A stretch of DNA of 64,000 bases from contig OZ024743.1 of the NCBI GenBank assembly GCA_964016885.1, positions 167,462,001-167,526,000 on the forward strand. Reading direction: 5' to 3'. This document shows positions 58,614 to 64,000 of the stretch, piece by piece. The notes under the pieces are model-generated. The model was not told the DNA's origin, did not search any database, and was given only the letters and a program-made list of their open reading frames with translations. The position numbers were made by a program, and so were the translations under genes. The number at the start of each line of letters is the position of its first letter. Within the stretch, counting starts at the first letter, position 1. This DNA is from Eledone cirrhosa (taxonomy: Eukaryota).

Positions 58614-58902
58614 TTTTATTTTCCCAGAAAAAGAAAATCCCCTAAAATTCTCCTGCATATTATCATTAAAAGCTAAGATTCTAGACAGTTGGATCCAGTT
58701 CTCATTACAACTCTTGTCTAGTAATATAAACTTACAGTTCAAAACAAAAACTAACAACCAATCTATTCGTTTTTATTTGAACTGTAAGTTTATATTACTA
58801 CACAAGAGTTGTAATGAGAACTGGATCCAACTGTCTACAGTCTTAGCTTTTAATGATATGCAGGAGAATTTTAGGGGATTTTCTTTTTCTGGAAAAATAA
58901 AA
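58614..58902. repeat. Imperfect palindrome with arms of about 135 bp and a 17-nt loop
   Basis: 58614-58751 pairs with 58769-58902; loop and arm start are repeated at about 58903-58940. Confidence 0.9.
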
Positions 58903-59721
58903 ACGAACAATCAATGTATTCGTTTTTGTTTTGAACTGTTTCCATTTCAAGTTGAAATATACTGGGTAAAACATTACTTTGAATTGTTTTATTTGTCATC
59001 CTTTTACCTTGATTTATTTCTATTGCATTGCATCAGTTTTTAAAAAATTATCAGCCATTTATTACATATCTCACAATGCTCTGTATTAAATATACCATTG
59101 AAAATCTTCTTTCTTCCATTCACGCTTGCTCCTCTATGGTGGATAACATCATCTTTCCAGCATGGATTAGTTCCAGCTGAGAAGGAGTTAAAACTCTATT
59201 ATAGTGGAGTGAGCTGGGTTTGTCAGTTTCTGATACTACAGAGGAGGGAGGATAGACTGAAGCAGAGAGTCTGGAACATTTTATGTTCAACTGCCTACTT
59301 TTCACAAGTGTAAAGTTCTTGGGAGACTGGGTTGATTCTTTGTCCATGGTGAACATCAGTGGCCTATTCATTCTGGACAAGATCTCCATCTCCATTGCAT
59401 CCAGAGTTATGTCACAAAGCTGGCCCTTTGAATTGCAGTTACAGTCCATCCAAAGGACTTCTAAACAATTTCACTCACAAGGCATGGTTTGACCCGAGGC
59501 TATGATAAATGACATGCTGTGTCCTTAGTATGGTTCCTTTATTTGATTTATTATACGTATTTATGAGCTCAAATTCTCCAATATCTATAACTTGTTTAGT
59601 TATCCTCTTCAAATTTTAATGCTTATTCAAATTCGTTCCTACACACTATTCCCTATCTTGCTGTTCTCACCTATTTTCCTTAAGTTAATGGTTAGATCTC
59701 TCACAGTCACCGGTGTAACAT

Positions 59722-59940
59722 ATTCAGCTCTACTCCACCTTTACTGCCACCACTTACCAATCACTTCATTCGTAGCTTGTAAAGAGGGGCACCTCATTCA
59801 GCTCCACTCCATCTTTACTGCCACCACTTACCAATCACTTCATTCATAGCTTGTCAAGAGGGGCACCTCATTCAGCTCCACTCCACCTTTACTGCCGCTA
59901 CTTACCAATCACTTCATTCATAGCTTGTCAGAGGGGTGCC
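59722..59940. repeat. Three tandem copies of a ~74-bp unit
   Basis: ATTCAGCTCCACTCCACCTTTACTGCCACCACTTACCAATCACTTCATTCATAGCTTGT..GAGGGG starts at 59722, 59796 and 59870. Confidence 0.9.
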
Positions 59941-61624
59941 CCTATAACGTGATAGAAATATCAGCCAACTTCCTTCAAATCCATCTTACCATCTTCTATA
60001 AAGATAATATGGATAATGTTTTCATATATGGATAATGTTTTCATACATGTAAGTGGTTGGGCATTCCACAGATTACCTTTAACGTAATTCTCGGGGAGAT
60101 TCAGGTGCAGTCCATCTGGTGGTATTTCAAATAGTTTCTGTCTACCCAGTTTCACTCACAAGGGAAAGGCATGGATCAATCCATGGCTATGGTAAAAGCC
60201 CATAAGGCCTCACAGTGTTATCGAACATGGGACCTAATGATTGTGAAGCAAAATCCTTAATCATTTGGCCATGCTGTGTTCATTAGAGGACTCCATAAAG
60301 TTATAAATATACAATAAACGATGTAAGGGGTACGCAGTCAATATGGGGTACAAAGACAATAAATTGTGAGGTTTAGCAGAAAAGAGAAATATAGCAACAG
60401 AAAAGTTTGGTCAATGTGCACATTGATGCAGCTTTTTCATGAGGAGACACAACCTAAGCATGAGTGTAATGTCCAAGATTACACAGAAGAGGCTGGAAGA
60501 GTATGAAGAAAATAAAAAATAAACATGCACTGTATTTTCACAAAGTAAACAAATTATGATCAAAAACAAAAAGGCAATGTAGATGAAGTGACACCAAATA
60601 AAATTTCCGAAAATAAAAATGCACCAATCGTGACTATAAAACCAACTGAACATGAAAGACAAAAAATTACAAAAAACATTTGGATATTGTCATTTTGGGC
60701 TCTTGCACAGATAGTGTAAAGCAGTTACAAAAGTTGGCATTACAGTTACGCTATTCAAATGTATGTGAGCCGAATAGAACCAGTGGATGACTGCTAAGAA
60801 TTTAGCTATCCTAGGAAGACAACTGAAAAAATAATCCACTTTTGCATAGGTGTTTTAATAGGTCATTGTGTGTAGCTGGCAGAGTTGATACAGTAAAAAC
60901 TCATATGTCAAATATGGCGAGTGGAAAAACTTCAGGTAACTAAGATTATCAACACAATCTGAAGATAAATACTAAGATAAACATAGGGAACATGGGATAT
61001 AAACTCATACAATATCTATTTACAAAAATAAAAATATTCATATGATGCAGGAACTATTAACTTTACTCTGTGTGCTCAAAGTCACTTTGCCTATGATGCC
61101 TGGTTCCCAGCCTGATTAATGGGGCTTGTGACATTACACCAATAGACTACTCAGTACTCCCCTCCTGCTAAACATTTGTCATAAAATATTCCAGCATTAA
61201 TACCACGGTCAACAAGTTAGATTTAGCTAATAAATCCGTTCTTTCTTTACAAATTTGTTCAATAGTGGATCCTTATCATATTTATGGTCCCCATCTACTC
61301 CAGTTATTGTCATTGTATAGAGTTTAGTGATGGCCTGAGTGGCATGCATCTATTTAACTAATTCTCACATGAATGTATTGGTAAATTATATATCATTTCA
61401 TCATCATTATTTCATTTTATGTCCGCTTTTCCCTGCTTGCAAGGGTGGGACGGGAACTGATTCTGGCTTGATTTCTACAGCTGGATGCCCTTCCTAACAC
61501 CAACCTCATTTACAGTGAGTGCTGGGTGCTTTTTTTCTGTGGCGCCTACACGTCCACTTTACAGTGTGGGCTGGGTGCTTTTTTGCCATGGCACCTCCAC
61601 GATCACTTTGCAGTGGAATGATAT

Positions 61625-61781
61625 GGACCCCAGTCCCTATAATCTCATTTCTACAGCTGAGTAAACTGGAGCAATGTGAAATAAAGTGTCTTGCTCAAGG
61701 AAACAACACATCACCTGGTCTGAGAATTGAACTCACAATCTTTCGATTGCAAGGCCAATGCTCTAACCACTAAGCCATGTG
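61625..61781 (-). mobile_element. tRNA-derived SINE related to 2741-2938
   Basis: GTGAAATAAAGTGTCTTGCTCAAGG...GAATTGAAC...CTAACCACTAAGCCA. Confidence 0.75.
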
Positions 61782-61865
<84 letters not shown>

Positions 61866-61869
<4 letters not shown>

Positions 61870-63401
61870 CTTCAAATTTAGCTAAACTACCTACCCGTAG
61901 GGACACGTGCAACCCTGTAGTTAGTACTAACTGTAATTGCAGGAATCGGGTTGATTGCCCCCTATCCGGGAAATGCCTCTCTAGTAACATTGTCTACAAA
62001 TGTAAGGTTGAAACACCCACGTCCCGTAGGGCCTACATAGGGTTAACCGCCAATAGATTCAAGCAGCGTCTTTACATGCATACCCATTCTTTTCTTTACA
62101 CTCTAAGAAGGAATATGAGGTCACTTTCAGCTTATATCTGGAGTCTAAAAGACAACCACACCCTATATAAGTTACACTGGCAGATTCTAGCTAGGGCTAG
62201 ATCGTATAACGGAAATAAAAGACCATGTGACCTCTGCGCCGCTGAGGCCCTGGAACTACTCTACGCCACAGACCACATCTTAAACAAAAAATCTGAGGCA
62301 ATTTCGGCTTGTAAACATAAATTGCACAAAACTTTCCTGTATTACAGCCACACATTATACCCTAACGGATAGTACGATCTATACGCGGATATTTTACGTC
62401 TTGATGAGGTAGCTAAGTATATGTTATGTTTATACCACTACTTATTTGCATAGGTAAGTATATATTACCTGTATGTTTTGTGAAGGTACGTATACTTTCT
62501 CGCACGTATATTTGATTGTATATCTTATGGCGCATATTTTATATATTCTAGTACATATGCTTTTGGTTATGTGTATACGTGAGTTTTGCGTCTGTGTGAG
62601 TATGCGGGTTCGTACGTATGTAGAGTGTGTGTATTTGTGTACTTCGTGTTTTGGTTGACGTACGTCTCCGAACATATGTGTATTTACATGTAGGTATGTG
62701 TGTGCGCTTGTTATATACGTATTTATTTATTTATATACGTTTATTTAATTATTTGTATACACACACACACACACACACATATTTATATACCTTTGGCGAG
62801 TGTTTTCGCGTATGCTTGTGTATGTATGTACGTATATGGATGCGTGTATGTATTTATTTAATTTCAATTACCTCTGTATTTTATTTACTTTATTCTTAAC
62901 TCTGAAGCCGAGAATCATTCGGTTTCCTAGTTAGAATTTTAGTCTACGACTTCAGTTATACCATTTACGTGGTTTTGTCTTTGTGTTCTCCACGCACCAA
63001 ATATGACGTATTATCTTCGTTTTTTCCGTTCATTGCCAGAGAACGTCTCTATGAACCGCCTAATAGAATATTAGTCTACGTGTAATTGTTTTTCACCGTT
63101 CCAAATAATGACGTATTATATTCGTTTTTTCCCGTTCTTTGCCAGGGAACGTTTCCACGAACCAAAGTATCGTCTTCCTGTCTTCTTCCGGTTGCAACCT
63201 TTTTTTGAAATATTTACTTCTGCGTTCACAGATTGACTTTATTAGTTTCAGAAGATCCCGTTAAGGGTGAAAGCAGCGATTCTTTGCTTAAACTATAATC
63301 TGTTATTTTAATAAATATTTGCTCTACGATTTTTATATATTTGATATATATTTATCCTTATCGAGCCCTCTTTGGATTTTAGTCTTCAAATTTATTATTA
63401 T

Positions 63402-63407
<6 letters not shown>
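61866..63407 (+). mobile_element. 5'-truncated PLE (EN domain 61866-62372 plus complete 3' terminus), same family as 12085-14915
   Basis: CNCRNRVDCPLSGKCLSSNIVYKCKV..AYIGLTANRFKQRLYMH..CDLCAAE..ACKH; collinear with 13350-14915; (TA)n on both sides. Confidence 0.92.
63244..63294 (+). ncRNA. HHR variant (U4A; core CAGAAGA)
   Basis: AGTTT-CAGAAGA-tCCC(gttaa)GGGt-GAAA-GCA(gcgattctt)TGC-TT-AAACT. Confidence 0.7.
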
Positions 63408-63467
<60 letters not shown>

Positions 63468-63754
63468 TTTCAAACGAATCATTGACTTGATTTTCTCATT
63501 TTTCCTCTCTTTACGTTGCCTCACCATTCATGTTTGTTTACCTGTCTCTCTTTCTCAACCCAATTCTTTTTATCCCAATAACTTATTTCAGTTATTGTTC
63601 GCGCTAGCCTGAGGTATCTGGTCTTTAATGCGAAGAAATACCTATGATGGCTTGTAGACCACTGATGATGGATAGTCCTATTTCTAATTCTTGATTTTAA
63701 TTTGTATATCACAATTGAAACAACACAGCACGTCATTTTTCATTCCTATATATG

Positions 63755-63854
<100 letters not shown>

Positions 63855-63864
63855 TATATATATG

Positions 63865-63895
<31 letters not shown>

Positions 63896-64000
63896 GTATA
63901 TATATGTATATATATATATACATATATATATAGGAACGAGTAGGACCCCGACGGCTGAGCTCAAGCCGTTTTGACGGCTAATTCTGGACGCAGAATTAGC

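Noticed and set aside
59098-59492. Host exon in non-repetitive-looking sequence
   Set aside because: No clear splice frame; ESLEHFMFNC resembles a decayed LINE C-terminal His/Cys motif, too weak to call either way.

Overview
AT-rich, microsatellite-dense eukaryotic DNA with no supportable host protein-coding gene. The repeat content suggests an invertebrate, probably a cephalopod such as Octopus (inference). Most listed ORFs are translations of (TA)n, (CA)n or (ATT)n tracts. The window is a stack of retroelements: (i) many 5'-truncated and 5'-inverted Penelope-like elements (PLEs; RT plus GIY-YIG) embedded in (TA)n; (ii) a 17 kb pile-up in (ATT)n tracts at 20.15-37.41 kb, holding two full-length L1/Tx1-type LINEs, two R4/Dong-type LINEs, a SINE fragment and a LINE 3' fragment; (iii) decayed RTE-like and Vingi-like LINEs, tRNA-derived SINEs and a deleted Tc1/mariner element. 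The strongest signal the ORF track misses is RNA structure. About 25 type I hammerhead ribozyme (HHR) motifs can be folded by eye, including core variants and long or branched stem II forms with covariation. Five of them sit in a tandem array of a non-coding, highly self-complementary ~314-bp unit (37.41-39.36 kb), one per unit. This retrozyme-like, putative circular-RNA element is fused head-to-head to a near full-length PLE. All folds and coordinates were derived manually and need computational and biochemical confirmation.
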